This document shows positions 1 to 14,247 of a stretch of DNA of 64,000 nucleotides, piece by piece. How positions within the stretch are numbered: the first letter of the stretch is position 1; the number at the start of each line of letters is the position of its first letter. Location of the stretch: NCBI GenBank assembly GCA_964016885.1, contig OZ024743.1, forward strand, positions 7,192,001-7,256,000, in the 5' to 3' direction. The DNA is from Eledone cirrhosa. Its lineage: Eukaryota. The position numbers and the translations under genes were made by a program. The notes below the pieces were generated by a model that saw only the letters and a program-made list of their open reading frames with translations, searched no databases and was not told where the DNA came from.

Positions 1-1166
1 TTTATTTTATCGACCCTGTAAGGATGAAAGGCAAAGTCAACCTCGGCGGGATTTGAACTCAGATCGTAAAGGGACGTAACTATGCTGGAAAGCATGGCGT
101 CCGACCCTCTACCGGTACTGCCAATCCACCGCCCTACACACACATCTATGTGATGAGTATGGAAGGAAGGGGGCTATGACAAACTATAGAAAACAGAGAA
201 TAGAGTTCACTACACCTGTGTTACTCATACATATATGTGTGCGCATGTAATAATTATTTTCTCTGAGTCTGTTTATGTGTATGTTTGTGTAGATGTGTGT
301 GTATGTAGATTGGCTATACTTTTGTGAGTGTCTGTGTGACTGAGTGTTTGTGTGTAAGTGTATATGTGTCCCTAACAATATCGAAATAAATTAGAATTAT
401 CAAGAATATAAACCGGCCACAATTGAAAGCTATATACAAATACACATCTACCCTTTAACCGTCATTTTTGACGGCACGGGGCCAGCTAGCACATAATAAT
501 TGTTTCTACTTTTGGCACAAGGCCAGCAATTACCCAGTGTATTACTGGTACTTTATTTTATCGACCCCGTAAGGATGAAAGGCAAAGTTAACCTCGGCGG
601 GATTTGAACTCAGATCATAAAGGGACGTAACTCTGTGCTTCAAAGCATGGTGTCCGACTCTCTACTGATACTGCCAATCCACCGCATCAGCTAGTACATA
701 ATAATGAATGACATAATGTATTTTCACATATATAAAGTGGTCGTGATGGTCATAACACAAAACCCCTAGCACACACTGTAAATGTGGTTGATATTAGGAA
801 GTGCATCCAACCATAGAAACCAAGCCAGAACCAGTTTTCTATGAGCAAGACATGGTCACCTGATCTGACTTATTTCACAATGGGACAACTCATCTAACCC
901 ATGTTAATGTGGAAAAATGGACGTCAAATGATGATGAGTATGATAACAGATAAGATTTTTTAATAATGTTTTTTTGTAATGCCTCGACAAGTAACATCAA
1001 GTGGACATTAAATAAAGAAAACACAAGTGTATAATGTTGCTCACAGTCAGCTCATAGGTTGTTATGATTGTGGATTGGTGGCATTAACATACATGCCACT
1101 GAAAATATTGATATTACTATCATATGATGAGTTTTTGCTTTGTTGCTTGGTTGATGAAAATTTATA

Positions 1167-1340
1167 CAGTGAAATTCCATTATAACGAAATTCACAGGGT
1201 ATTTTAAAAAAATTCATTGTAATGAAAAATTCTTAATAACAAGATCGACCTAACACATCGAATGTGTGGCCGGGAATTGAAAAAAATGTTATTCTGAAAA
1301 ATTCATTATAATGGTATTCGTTATAATGGAATTTTACCTG
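1167..1340. mobile_element. Tc1/mariner (pogo/Tigger-type) MITE
   Basis: TA-CAGTGAAATTCCATTATAACGAA ... TTCGTTATAATGGAATTTTACCTG-TA. Confidence 0.8.
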
Positions 1341-2713
1341 TAATTAATCAGTCAAGTTCCCATTGTTGACATTACAGATGTTGTTTAGATGTTAGTATTT
1401 CACTGACACCTTTAACATAGTTCTATGGGATATTCAGCAAGGCACATTGTGTGTGAGAAGGCTGCCCATTTGAATCACAGGTACAACTCATTTTTACAAG
1501 CTGAGAGAATTGGAGCGATGTGAAATGAAGTGTCTTGCTTAAGGACACAATGTGCCACTGAAAATTGAACTAACAATCTTTTGATTGTGAGTAATATGCC
1601 GTAATCACTAAGCCACCATTATCAATCACATGTGCACTCACACACTTAGTCCTACATTTAAAATAACAGGTTTTAAAAAGTGGGTTGCTAAAATAAAATG
1701 CCAGTCAATTTAATTCACTTTCCCCTTCCCCCAAATTGCTGGCCTTGTATTAAAAGTAAATACAAACAGTGGATTGGCAGTATTGGTAGAGCATCGGACA
1801 CCCTTCTTTGCAGCATAGAGTTACGGCCCTTTACGTTATGAGTGTAAATTCCGCTGAAGTTAGCTTTGCCTTTTATCCTTACGGGGTCGATGAAATAAAG
1901 TACCAGTCATGCGTTGACGTCAATTTAATCGACTTTTCTGTCCCCCAAAATTGCTGGCCTTGTACCCAAATCAGAAACTACGTCCCTTTACAGACAGAGT
2001 TCAAATCCAGCCGAGGTTAACTTTGCCTTTCATTCTTACGGGGGTCGATAAAATAAAGTACCAGTAATGTACTGGGTAATTGCTGGCTTTGTGCCAAAAG
2101 TAGAAACTATTATTATTATTGTATGCGTATGTGTCAGTATGTTGTAAATAAATTGCAAATATAAGAAAATATATTCTATGATATTATATTTGAATTGTAA
2201 TGTAATAAAGTATTTGATAATGTCTTTGTAGAATGATGATTTTAATAATATTATTATGGAATGTCTAAAGGCACTTTCCCCAGCTGTTATCTGTTGTAGG
2301 GGTACTTGGGTGAATATTAAAGTAGTTATATCTGTATAATTTTAGATATATCATCTGTTTTCTATTTTAGTGAATCTCAGAGACCCAGTTTCTTATCATT
2401 CAGTTAATAAAATTCATTAAAAATATCTCTGCTACAAGGTCATTGTTTTTATCATTCAATTTTGATAGGGATTTTACTTTTAGTTCTTGTCTAAGAAGAC
2501 TTAGATTTTACAAACAAAAGCAACCTACTAATGCTTTTGTTAGAGCAGACATACATCTTTGTTGAATCTTTTAAATGATGCCACTATTTTTTTGTACATG
2601 ATTTTAACATTAAATTCATTAGATAAAAACCAATGTCTTTATTTGTAAGTTCTCTTTTATTTTGTTTCTCATATTTTCTAACTTGATGCCACTTTCACTG
2701 CTTCCTATTTTAG

Positions 2714-2869
2714 ATATTTATTGAAATGTGCCAGTGACATTTCCCAGGGAAAAATTTTGGTTGGTTTTGTTTCATATCTCAGTGCAAATTATTCAAGAGG
2801 TCATGAAGATGTTGATTCCGATTTACATTTGCCTGCACTACTAAACCTATGTCAACACAAATCTAAAAG
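2714..2869 (+). CDS. ACOX1: Peroxisomal acyl-CoA oxidase, internal exon (upstream exons lie outside the window)
   Basis: tttag|A...AG|gtaac, 156 nt. Encodes (R)YLLKCASDISQGKILVGFVSYLSANYSRGHEDVDSDLHLPALLNLCQHKSK(R), similar to ACOX1 ARFLMK..GKLVCGMVSYL. Phase matches the next exon. Confidence 0.85.
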
Positions 2870-2923
2870 GTAACATCCTGGTTAATCTTTTGCAATAATA
2901 AAATTAAATTAAAATGATTTCCA

Positions 2924-3152
2924 TTAACCCTTTAGCATTTTCATTACTCTATATATACTATTGTATTTTCATGGTAAAGGCTTTATCTCACATAATTATC
3001 TCACATAATATGAAATCTATGAGATTTTGACATTATTTATTTTGAGAACACAACTTTAACATCAGTATGAGCAGCCAGTTATGGCCGGTTTGAACAGAAA
3101 GAAGTGAGAGAATTCTGGCTAGATACAGCTGGTTTAAATGCCAAAGGGTTAA
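2924..3152 (+). mobile_element. piggyBac-type MITE (TTAA-flanked); copies at 7449-7654 (-), ~26770-26899, 44343-44554, 51607-51810, 55444-55647, 57142-57301
   Basis: TTAA-CCCTTTAGCATTT ... AAATGCCAAAGGG-TTAA with a shared ~200-nt interior. Confidence 0.8.
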
Positions 3153-3707
3153 CGAAGGGAAATTCAAAACCAGCAGTGAAATTCAATGTATGTAAATATG
3201 AGTACAAGGGGCTTACTTTTATCATTATTTTTTAATATTATGGTTGTCTGGCTCCTCTAGCCTCACCTCAATGGGCTACTATGCTTTTCCATCTTTCTCT
3301 GTCTCTGGCAAGGGTTGGTGCTTGAAACCGTCATATTAAAAAAAAAAAAAAAATATTCCAACTGGCCAGAAAAGTAACTGAAAATAAAAAAAAATGAAAG
3401 ACAGTATGGAAATTCACAAAAGATAATTTATAGACTAAAGAGAAAATTTTCAAAATTTCGTTCAATGAGGTTGGCATTAAGAAGGGCATCCAGCTGTAAA
3501 AACCAAGACATGGTCACCTGACCTAGCATTGCCCACAACAGGACAACTCATCTAGCTCATACTAATGTGGAAAATGGATGTAAAACAGTGATGATGATAG
3601 GTATAATTAAAAATGATTGAATTAAATACTTAGAAGAGAAATATTTCCATTATCCATCCATATTTGTTTATTAAACAATGTATACTAAAATTTGTTTTAT
3701 CTTGCAG

Positions 3708-3813
3708 ATTGCTTTTGAAGATTTCAAAAATTGTTTTTGAAAAAATAAATTCTGGAATCACACCAGAAAATGCCTTCAATATGTGGTCAAGTGAGATTGT
3801 AAATGTGGGCAAT
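3708..3813 (+). CDS. ACOX1: Acyl-CoA oxidase internal exon
   Basis: ttgcag|A...AAT|gtgagt, 106 nt. Encodes (R)LLLKISKIVFEKINSGITPENAFNMWSSEIVNVGN. Confidence 0.85.
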
Positions 3814-5414
3814 GTGAGTTGATTTTAAGCAAAATTAAACAAACCCAGTAAAATTTCCTCATATGTTTTTAACAAAAAATTTGATTCTAACTTACTTTTG
3901 AGTCCCAAATAATATGGGGAGGGGAGACATTTGCTTCAATTCTTATAAGTGGAGAGTTGGAATACATGGGGTGGGGGATCGGTAATTGTATAGTGTACCT
4001 TCGTAAATATGGGATGTAATGTTCTATTTTTTGTCTTATATAATGTTTTTTTAAATGTAAAATAAAATTATTATTAGATTCTCCAGCTGCTGTATCAATA
4101 TGAATCACTTACAATAAAATTTCGCCGGAGATAGATTAGCAACATTTAATAGGGTGGTGATAAAAGTAGGGGGGGAGGGGGTCTGAAAAATTAATAAGTG
4201 GCAGGGAACAATTATTCAGGACTTGAGAGTATGTGTTGAGACAGATATTATATTTTGGTATTTAAATTGTCATAAATCTTCAGTTCTTCATTTTTATGCC
4301 AGTGATCTGTTAAGCATCCTGTTTCTCAGTAAGTCTGACTTTTTTACTGATAGCATCAAGAACTATAACTTCCTTGATGTACTTGCTCAACTTGCAAGAA
4401 AGTGCAACCAAACTCCCTCAAATCACATCATCCTCTCTTGAATAAAGAAGATGGAGTGAGTTGGTTATGATAGGAATGCTTTTGATCATAGGTTTCTTAA
4501 TCAGAGCAGACCTCCGGATAAACACCTAGAACTTTAACTCAATTCACTATCAGATCAATACACTCTTGTGAGTGCCTAGACAGCTCATTGAAGGTTGTAA
4601 AGATAACTAAATTCTTTGTTTTGTTTAACTAGACGTTAAACAGCTAAAGTATATTTATGACATCTGGTAAAAAGAAAACAACATTAACCAATATCTAATT
4701 GGTTTTCATCAGCAAGTTTAGTAATAATGATGAAAATTATTGTGTACAGTGCTCAGGTGCACTACAATTCATCAAACGTGCATGTATAGTACATAGAATA
4801 ATGTACAAAATTCAGGAAAGTGAACAGTGTATGAGTCATGATATACACACAGATAAATTTTTTGCGTGAGTATGGGGGTACATTTCACCTGTCTTAGAAG
4901 ACTCCCTAATGAAATGTAGCCTCTCTGTAAATATGATTCCATCTATATAACTGTTTACTTATCATATCGGGAAAATGAAAGAAGCTTTATGTTGTCATTT
5001 ATCTTGCTAGAAATAAAAGTCAAATGACATCCTACTATCTTAGGTCAAAGGAAGGACACACTGGTTAATGTCATCCTAAATACTCAAAATCTGTTAAAAA
5101 GACAGGATAGTAATGGCAGGTCATCTTGAACAGGTCGACCCAGGGCTAAACATCAATGAATCTACTTATCATAGGGTTGCTTGGACTGGAAAATGTTGAA
5201 CTGATCACATATGCAGGTGATGTATACAACACAAACAACAAATAATGAATATGCTTTACATGTTTCCAGATTTATACACTTTCTAATACAAATTACAGCA
5301 GAGACTTTCAATACACCACAAGAACCAAGCTTATTGTCAGCTGAGAGGAAGCATGTAAGACTGTAGGAGGAGGCTAAGACTCTTAAAGTTGATAGTACTA
5401 AAATGTCCAATATA

Positions 5415-5514
5415 CAGGGTGTCCCTCCAAAATGTATATATACTTTGATTATCTGTACAGGCAATATTTATTAGAATACTGTTGAAGTATTTATACATTT
5501 TGGGGGACACCCTG
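5415..5514. mobile_element. 100-bp mariner-type MITE
   Basis: TA-CAGGGTGTCCCTCCAAAATGTATA ... TATACATTTTGGGGGACACCCTG-TA. Confidence 0.85.
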
Positions 5515-5555
5515 TATTTTACAATTGTGATTACAAAAGTTTCATATTATTATAG

Positions 5556-5699
5556 GCCTTCTGCCAAGTTTACATCATGGAGAAATTTATTGACGCTGTT
5601 GGTCTAATAAAAGAAAAAGACTTGGCCTCTGTTTTGACAGATGTTTGTAAATTTTATTGTGTATTCAATATTATGGAGAATCTTGGTGACTTTTTACAA
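5556..5699 (+). CDS. ACOX1: Acyl-CoA oxidase internal exon
   Basis: tatag|GCC...CAA|gtaagt, 144 nt. Encodes AFCQVYIMEKFIDAVGLIKEKDLASVLTDVCKFYCVFNIMENLGDFLQ (ACOX ..GDFLQ motif). Confidence 0.9.
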
Positions 5700-7204
5700 G
5701 TAAGTTGTACATTTTAAAAATAATTCTAAATCTATTTTGATTTTACAATTTTTATAAACTAGGAAGTCTGTTAACAAAATGTTACTATCAATTGAAGTGG
5801 AATAATTTGCAGAAATTCTTGAAGTATAAAAGATTTTAATATAAAATACTTGTACCACAATCGGCTACAATAACAACTGTTTCATTTGTTTAAGCAATGG
5901 AACAACCTGCTCATGAAGTTAACATGCAAGTGATTAAGCATTTCATAAGCATGTATACTTTTAACATAGTTCTCAAGGAGATTCAGTATAACACACTGTG
6001 TAACAAGGTTTGTCTTTTAAATTACAGTTACAACTCATTTTTGTCATCTGAGTGAACTGGAGCAACATGAAATCAATGTCTTGCTCAAGGACTCAGCACA
6101 CAATCAGGAAACAAACTCATGACATTACGATTGTCAGCTGAACAATGTAACCTCTAAACCACATGCCTTCACAATAAAACACATATTCTTAGGTTGAATG
6201 GTAATATGCTTTGTCATACAGAGATCCACTTTGCTGTAATATCATTATCAATAAAAAGCTGATTAAAATGGTATTCATATTATTGTTAATTATTGTGCAG
6301 AGGTGGTACCATCATCATCATCATCACCGTTTTACGTCCGTTCTTCCACGCTAGCATGGGTTAGACCAATGCTAGTTGAAAACTACTCAATCCATTTGAT
6401 ATACCATTACTAAAGTGCTTCTCTTTTGCCTTCTAATTATTTTCTAAGAAGACAAAGGCATAATGCTGTGATACTTAAGTATCCACTTAAGTGTCAACAC
6501 CTTTTCCTATGCCAAAGTTGAAAAGTAAATGGGCAAATGTCATGGATTATTTTTATTGTTCTAAAATTTATTATGGAACATTTCTTTTGCAAGCTTTGCT
6601 GCTGTCTTGAAGCTCATTTCTCTACTTCCCTATAATGTTGATGTAATGAGAAAGCTACTGCACTTACCGTAATTCTGCTAGCTCACTCAGCGAGCCATGC
6701 CTCATCCACATGGGTATAATCCGTTTGCCAAGTTGCAGCTCACATTGGCAGGTCTGTCCGTTGCGGGTCACAGCCAAAAGAGAACCCACAGATGCTCCTG
6801 GGTATGCATCTCACGTCACTTCCTCTTCCGCCTCCAGTCAAACATCCCCATCTTCCGGTCACCTCCTCCACACCACCACACCATCCCCACAGTTGATACA
6901 GTAACACTTCTTGTGATACCTTGTTTTTAGAGGTACTTGATAGGCAGAGTTGGTGGAATGATGATCAAAATACCTTGTGGTATTTAGTTGTGTACCTTTA
7001 CATTCAGAGTTTGAATCCAACCAAGGTCCACTTTACCTGTCATCCTTCAAAGAGTGATGAAATAAGTGCCAGTTGAGTACTGGGCCAATCCAATCAACTA
7101 TACCCACCCTCAAATTTAAATAATTGTGCCTATCTTAGAAATCAACATTGTTTTTCCTACTCTCGACATGTCTTTTCAATCGTATTTCTAATGTATATTT
7201 TCAG

Positions 7205-7411
7205 TTCAATCTTCTCACTCAAGAACAAATAATGTTATTGAAAACTGCAATGTATAATCAACTTACCAAAATAAGGCCTAATGCTGTAGCATTGGTTGAT
7301 GCCTTTGATTTCAGTGACCGTAGACTTCACAGCACTCTTGGTCGTTATGATGGTCAAGTTTATAAGGCACTTTATGACTATGCTCAAAAGTGTCCTCTTA
7401 ATGCAAAAGAA
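7205..7411 (+). CDS. ACOX1: Acyl-CoA oxidase penultimate exon
   Basis: tttcag|TTC...GAA|gtaagt, 207 nt. Contains IRPNAVALVDAFDFSDRRLHSTLGRYDGQVY, the diagnostic ACOX C-terminal motif. Confidence 0.95.
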
Positions 7412-8101
7412 GTAAGTATATTTAGTAATATATGAAATAAGATAATGTTTAATCCTTTAGCATTTAAACTGGCCATATTCAGCCAGAATTCTCTCAGCTT
7501 TTTCTGTTCAAACCAGCCATAACCAACTACTCATTAAAGTATTATTTTCAAAATAAATAATTACATCATAAAATCTCATAGATTCCATATTATGTGAGAT
7601 AAAGCCTTTACCATGAAAATATAATAGTAGAGTAATGTAAATGCTAAAGGGTTAGGCGAATAAAACATTTTACACCTAGTATTGATCACACATACTCTGT
7701 TACTTTTTTACTGATTTCAGTCATTTGACTGCAGCTATGCTGGAGTTCTGTCATGAAGAGATTTTTAGTCAATCATATCAACCCCAGTTCTTATGCCACT
7801 TAAATAAATCTTTAAGTAGGGGATTATAATTTGTTAAAAATAAATTAATATTTCTATACTCTGAACTAGATTTTATTCCTAATATTCCTGATTTCTAAAA
7901 GTGGCCTCATTACTTTCTGTTCAAATTCTTTCTTTGAACTTAAAATGGTTTATTTCATTCTTTAAATAGAGTTTCAAAAACTAATGTTTTTGTGTTTGAA
8001 TTGGTTATTTTGTAGCAAAGATGTTATTCTTTTATATCTAAATATTTCTTACGTACTTTTATTTTTAACTAAATATATAATTTTGATTTTTCTATTCTCA
8101 G

Positions 8102-8170
8102 GTACATGATAGTTGCAAGGAATATCTGCTACCATTTCTTCAGCAGCAGAAATTGAAAGCTCGGTTATAA
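8102..8170 (+). CDS. ACOX1: Acyl-CoA oxidase terminal exon with peroxisomal targeting signal PTS1
   Basis: ttctcag|GTA...TAA. Encodes VHDSCKEYLLPFLQQQKLKARL*; C-terminal ARL is a canonical PTS1 variant. Confidence 0.92.
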   Translation, partial: VHDSCKEYLLPFLQQQKLKARL

Positions 8171-10639
8171 AGAAAAATTTCAAATTTTAACCACAAAATA
8201 TTATTGTCCTCTATTCCCCTGGTGCTAAAAACTCTACTTCATCAAACTACTGCATGTAGTACATCCTTTCATTGTGATATTTCTCCCTTCATTCTAGTCG
8301 TCTCAATAAGTTGGATGGTTTGCATTGTTCTTTGAAAGCTTAATATTTCTCTGAAATAAGATTATTTAAGCCGAATGCCAACACCACTTATATATTTGCT
8401 CTTAATTGGCGGATTGGCAGAATCGGTAGAGCGTCGGAAATCATGCTGCTCGGCATTGTTATATCGCTTTACGTTCTGAGCTCAAATTCCGCCAAGGTTT
8501 CATCCTTACAGGGTCGATAAAATAAAGTACCAGTAATGCACTGGAGTTGATTTAATCGACTTTACCCTCCCCAAAAATTGTTGACCTTATGCCTAAATCA
8601 GAAACCATCATTAAGAATGATTAGTGCTTCTGCAGTAGAATGAATGAAACTAATTATAACTATTATAAATGCTTCAAATTATTTTCATAATTCTAATTAA
8701 TTTCATAATCAAGTTATTTGAAATCCACAAAAGTTTATTAAAAAAATTTTATATCTTATTTTTGCACATAATTATAAAATACATGATGATTATATCAATA
8801 CCATAATTTGAAATTAAAAGGTCTTTGTTGAATTCAGGGAAATACCACAAATCCTTATTGGAAACATTAAGTTTCATTTTTTACATATCTAAGGACCAGT
8901 AAAATAACTAATAATTTCAAAAATAATTTTTCAATTCCAATTGTTATGCACAGCAAGATAATAATAATTTTGTTCTAACATATAATCAATTTATCAATGA
9001 GCTAAGTTTTATCAGGTACATCATGTCCCTGTATGTCATAAGAACTGACTAAAAGAGCTGGCTTCAGGAAGGACATCCAACTGTAAAAGATTACCCTAAA
9101 AAGTCCTGTACAATGCATGTTAGCAGAGAAAAGTGGATGCAGAAACAGTAATCATGATAATATCAATAGGTGAATAATGAGATCATCTGTAAAAAATCAG
9201 GATTTTAGAGAAAACAAACTATGATAGAGAAAGCCAAGATATTTTCCTGAATTTTTTTCTGGTAACTCTCTCTTCATTCATTAGATTTTTTAGAGACCTA
9301 GAAATGTAAGAATTCTAAGATTTAGAAGAAGTGACCAATATCAAAGTTATACTTAAACATTTGTTACTTTGATACAAACTAAGTTTCCACTAACCAAATG
9401 ATTCTGACTTCTTCACTATACTTCTCATTTGTCTCAAACTAGCCATATGTATTGCTATCTAAACAAACAGGCCATGCAAGGGAACCTGACATATGTCTGT
9501 TTATGTTAACTGTTACAAAGTTTAGACCATTAAAAGTTAAGATAAAAGATATAGATAATTTTATTTTTCATTAATTATCGTGGCCAAAAGGGCAGTGCAT
9601 TGGCAGTATTGGTAGAGCATCAGACACCATGCTTTGCAGCATGGAGTTATGGCCCTTTACGTTCTGGGTTATAATCCCGCTGAGGCTAGCTTTGCCTTTC
9701 ATCCTTATGGGAAGATAAGATAAAGCACCAGTAACACTCTGGGGTCAATTTAATTGACTTTCCCGTCTCACCAAATTACTGACATTGTGCCTATAGTAGA
9801 AATCATTTATCCTGGCCAAAACAATGATGTTATTGTTAACATATTAGTAACCAAAGCAATATGCTGGTATTTACTTACTGTTTAATGAAGGTGCATGGCT
9901 TAGTTGTTAGGGTGTTAGGTTCCCTAATTGTAAAATCATGAGTTTGATTCCTAGAAGTGCATTGTATTTCACATAGTCCCAGTCAACTCAACTGGCAAAA
10001 ATAAGTCGTACCAACCTCGTCACACATTGTGGTATGCTGAACTTCCCTACTTAAGGGTGCATATACCCTGTGTAATGCTTAGCCACTTGCATGTTTATTT
10101 AACAAGCAGGCTGTTCTGTTATTTGAACAACTGAAATACACATTGTCAAAACCAACAGAAATCCAACAACTTACTGTTTATCCTGCTGATGGTGTCTCAA
10201 GTTTGTTTCATTTTTCAACAATTCTATTTTTCTATATTGACAATAAATAAATATTTCTACATATTTTCTTAGTCATTTATTTACTACCTCTACCACTTAA
10301 GCAAGTTAGCATGAGGCTAAAGGGTTGTGAGGACCCTTTAGTTGTGTCATGGCACAACAACCTCTCTAGTGCTGGTGATCTACATGAGAAACGCACCCAG
10401 AACATCCTGTAAAATGGTTGGTGATAGGAAAAGCATCCAGCTGTAGAAAGCTTGCTAAACAAAGGGTTGAGAGTACCCTTCCATTGTGTCAAAGACATAA
10501 CAGTGCTGGTGCACTCTGTGAAACATGAGATGCAAACCCCCAGCCTGTCTGATAGGTCAGCAGCCTTGCTTGAGTACTGACTTGGTTTATGAAAACCTGT
10601 CTAACCCTTGCTAGCTGGGTTGGATGTGGTATCATGCCT

Positions 10640-11750
10640 GGGGGTGTAGAATCAGTTAACTGGAATTACTTAACTCACCAGAAATCACCTTCTGCCATGC
10701 ACTTGATAGGTTTGATGCTGAGTGTTGCACAGCTGAAATGAAAATCAGTGCTGTGAAGACTGAGACACTCATCCTCCCAAGGAAGCCTGTACAGTGCACA
10801 CTCTACATGTGAATAGAGTTCTACTGAAGCAGGTGGAGAAGTTCAAGTATCTTGAGGCCGTGTTCACAAGTGATGGAAGGCAGGAGGCTGAATTAAGTGC
10901 AAGAATTGCAGGAGCTGGTGCAATAATGCATCAGCTTCAGCATTCAGTCATCAGAAGAAGGGAGGTAGTTGTAAAAGCCAAACTCACTATCTTCAATTTG
11001 GTATTCATGCCAACCTTTATCTGTGGTCATGAATCTTGGGTTGATGACCAAAAAAATATGATTGTGAATACAAGCAGTTGTAATATGATTCCTCCGAAGG
11101 GTCTTTGGAGTCATTTCATCATTTCATTTTATGTCCACTTTTCCCTGCTTACAAGGGTGGGACGGGAACTTATTCTGGCTTGATTTCTACAGCTGGATGC
11201 CCTTCTTAACACCAACCTCATTTACAGTGAGTGCTGGGTGCTTTTTTGCTGTGGCACCTCCACGACCACTTTTGCAGTGGAATGATATGGCCCCCAGTCC
11301 CTATCATCTCATTTCTACAGCTGAGTAAACTGGAGCAATGTGAAATAAAGTGTCTTGCTCAAGGAAACAACACATCACCCGGTCTGAGAATTGAACTCGC
11401 AACCTTTCGATTGCAAGGCCAATGCTCTAACCACTAAGCTATGTGCCTAATGTTACTAATATATCAGAGACACTCGAGGTAGAGCTACTACTTCTCCAAA
11501 TTGCGAGATCAAAGCTCTGATGCTACAGGCATGTGGTTAGAATATCTCAGGAAATAATTGCTGGACTGACCCCAAGCAAGATGGTTAGGTAACATCCATG
11601 GGCTTGGCTGGTCCTGCTTGGAGATCCAGCTGGATCAATTAGAGATGGCTACTTCTGATAGGACCCACTGGAAGGCGCATTTCAGGACTCTGCCTCCACG
11701 ACCCTCTCAGGAATTAGTGGGTGATAAAGAAGACTGCAGCAAACACTTCA
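10640..11750 (+). mobile_element. Degenerate RTE-clade LINE 3' fragment interrupted by a SINE
   Basis: LKQVEKFKYLEAVFTSDGRQEAELSARIAGAG..KAKLTIF..PTFICGHESW is the RT thumb region. The SINE is inserted at ~11105-11448. Confidence 0.8.
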
Positions 11751-12579
11751 AGAGTTTAGTCAATCATATCAACCGCAGAAATTATTTTTTTAGTCTAGTT
11801 TTGACATGATTACTGGTCATATTGTAGCCTTAGTTGATATGACTGACTGAAACCCTTCAAGGCAGTGCCCCAGTATGGCATCAATTAAATGACTAAAATC
11901 AATAAAAGAATATATTTTCAACTTTCATGTATCTATTGTCATATCATTTATGTTCCTGAAATGTTTGTACTCCACACTGTTGTAGTTGTACATGAGAAAA
12001 TCAATAATCTATGTTGCTGTAAATACTGTACTTGATCGAGAGGGGTCTGCATGAGTGTGTTTCTCTTTTCCTGGGCTTTAAGGTCAGGAGATCCACACAA
12101 CTGTTTGGTGATAATTAGGGGGTTCACATACATGTTAGGTTCTATTGTTTTGTCTTGTCACTCGGATGTTTTAGAGTCACCCAAGTACCAGTATCAGACG
12201 GAGCCACCACCATTCACTAAGTTCATTGTAACCTGCTTCTGCCACCCATGTTTCTCTCATGTCTTCAGTGCAGTATTTACTATAGTGGGCAAAGGGTTGA
12301 GAGTGGCTTGTTTCAGTAGGATGGCAACAAGCCCCACCCAGTCATTTTCGTAAGGTGTGCCGGTGGAGGTGGTAAATGCATTTAGAGTGCTCTACACAAT
12401 ATTTTATGCTTACAATCTACACAATAAAATTTTAGGCTTACAAACTTGTGAAAATGAAACATGAAATACATGTTTTCTTATAGTAAACTACATACTCTGA
12501 GTGGTTAGCTGACTGGCTGGTGGCTTTACATAGCTGTACAATGGTTTAAAACTCCAAATTTATCACGACAAATAGTACT

Positions 12580-13225
12580 CAGCACACACTGTAAAGTGGT
12601 TGTGTAGGTGTCACAATAAAAAGCATCCAGTACACACTGTAAATGTGGTTGGTGTTAGGAAGGGCATCCAGCCATAGAAACCAAGCCAAAATCAGTTCTG
12701 TATGAGCAAGACACAGTCATCTGACCTGACTTGTCTCACAATGGGACAACTCGTCTAACCCATGCTAGCATGGAAAAATGGACGATGATGATGTTGATAA
12801 TATATATATATATATGCTGACCTTGCCCAATTGCACTTCTCCAAGGCGATGACACAGGACCGTGACCTCTGGCGTCACACTAATACAGAAGACCCGACTT
12901 CCCACGGGAACAAGCCGACGCTGAAGCATATAGACAATATGCCCCTATTGCCACTGCAAAGTGGTCGTGGAGGTGTCATGACAAAAAAGCCCCCAGCCCA
13001 CACTGTAAAGTGGTCGTGTAGGTGCTGCAGAAAAAAGGCACCCAGCACTCACTGTAAATGAGGTTGGTGCTAGGAAGGGCATCCAGCTGTAGAAATCAAG
13101 CCAAATCAGTTCCCGTATGAGCAAGACAAGGTCACCTGACTTGTCACTGCCCACAACAGTACAACTCGTCTAACCCATGCTAGCGTGGAAGAATGGACGT
13201 AAAACGGTAATGATGATGATGATGA
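12580..13225 (+). mobile_element. SINE/RTE-tail repeats (GGAAGGGCATCCAG family), two copies flanking an RTE 3' fragment
   Basis: Recurrent GGTGTTAGGAAGGGCATCCAGC..CTAACCCATGCTAGC.TGGAA..TGGACG(ATG)n. Also at ~740-940, 3465-3600, 32440-32720, 33730-34015, 40325-40540. Confidence 0.8.
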
Positions 13226-14085
13226 TATATATATGATCAGATCATTGGTAAAATAAACTTGGTGAGGAAGGTCCTTTTTGGAAACTCTGTAGGATGAAAA
13301 ACAAAAACATCAAATAGTGTGTATATATGCTTGTACATATATATGTGTATATGTGTATTTGCATATATAGAGAAGGATGCTCTTACTTAAAACCTGTTGT
13401 GTATATAATCTCTAACCATCTTGCTTTATTTTTGCTTGTTGCTAGCTTAACATCTTTAAACATCTAGTGTATGGCTCTCATATTGCACAAACATTTGTCA
13501 CTATAAAATCTGATGTAGAGGTACTTTTTGCAACCATATTTTTTCTAAAGTTTTTTACTCATACTCCAGCCAAAACAAATCAAGTCACAGACTTCTTGAA
13601 GCTTTATACAAATGGTAGCCTTTTCATTGTGATAATTGAAGTATCATGTGTATCTGCAAAAATGAAATACTATCACTTGTATAGTTTCATCAGTTAAAAG
13701 GTATGGTATAGTTGGGAGCAGTCATCCTTTTTCAGTCACTAATGTTGCTACATTCTGTATTGAAGTGACAGTGCCCAGGTGTTGGGTTCTTAATCTAATC
13801 ATATTGATATATTTTTGTCATCTTCAGAGCCCAAGATGGTACTGCATCCATGCTGGATTTAGGACAAATGAGGCCCTGTGCTAGTTTAGTTAGGAGGCTC
13901 CATACTTGGGCTCTGAAGGAGATAAAAAACATTTTTGCCAGGAAGATGGGCCCCCTGGTCAACGGAGCCCTGTGCTTAAGAACACCTAAGCACAATGGTA
14001 AATCCAGCACTGTACTCCATCTTTAAAATGAAGAAGGAAGCGATGCAAAAGGTGGTTATATTCAAAAGTGAGCCCTCATATATAT

Positions 14086-14116
<31 letters not shown>

Positions 14117-14247
14117 CCCACTCTACTACCCTAAGTATTGAGTACTTTGGTGCGTTATGGTCCACCTGGTTCCTTACCACATTTCCTCCGTTATATATAT
14201 ATATATATATATATATTATGTAGTAACATGTGCTTACATCATATTTG

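Noticed and set aside
5556-5564. AFC in place of the AHC of vertebrate ACOX1
   Set aside because: Non-catalytic position that varies among ACOX paralogs; not evidence of altered function.
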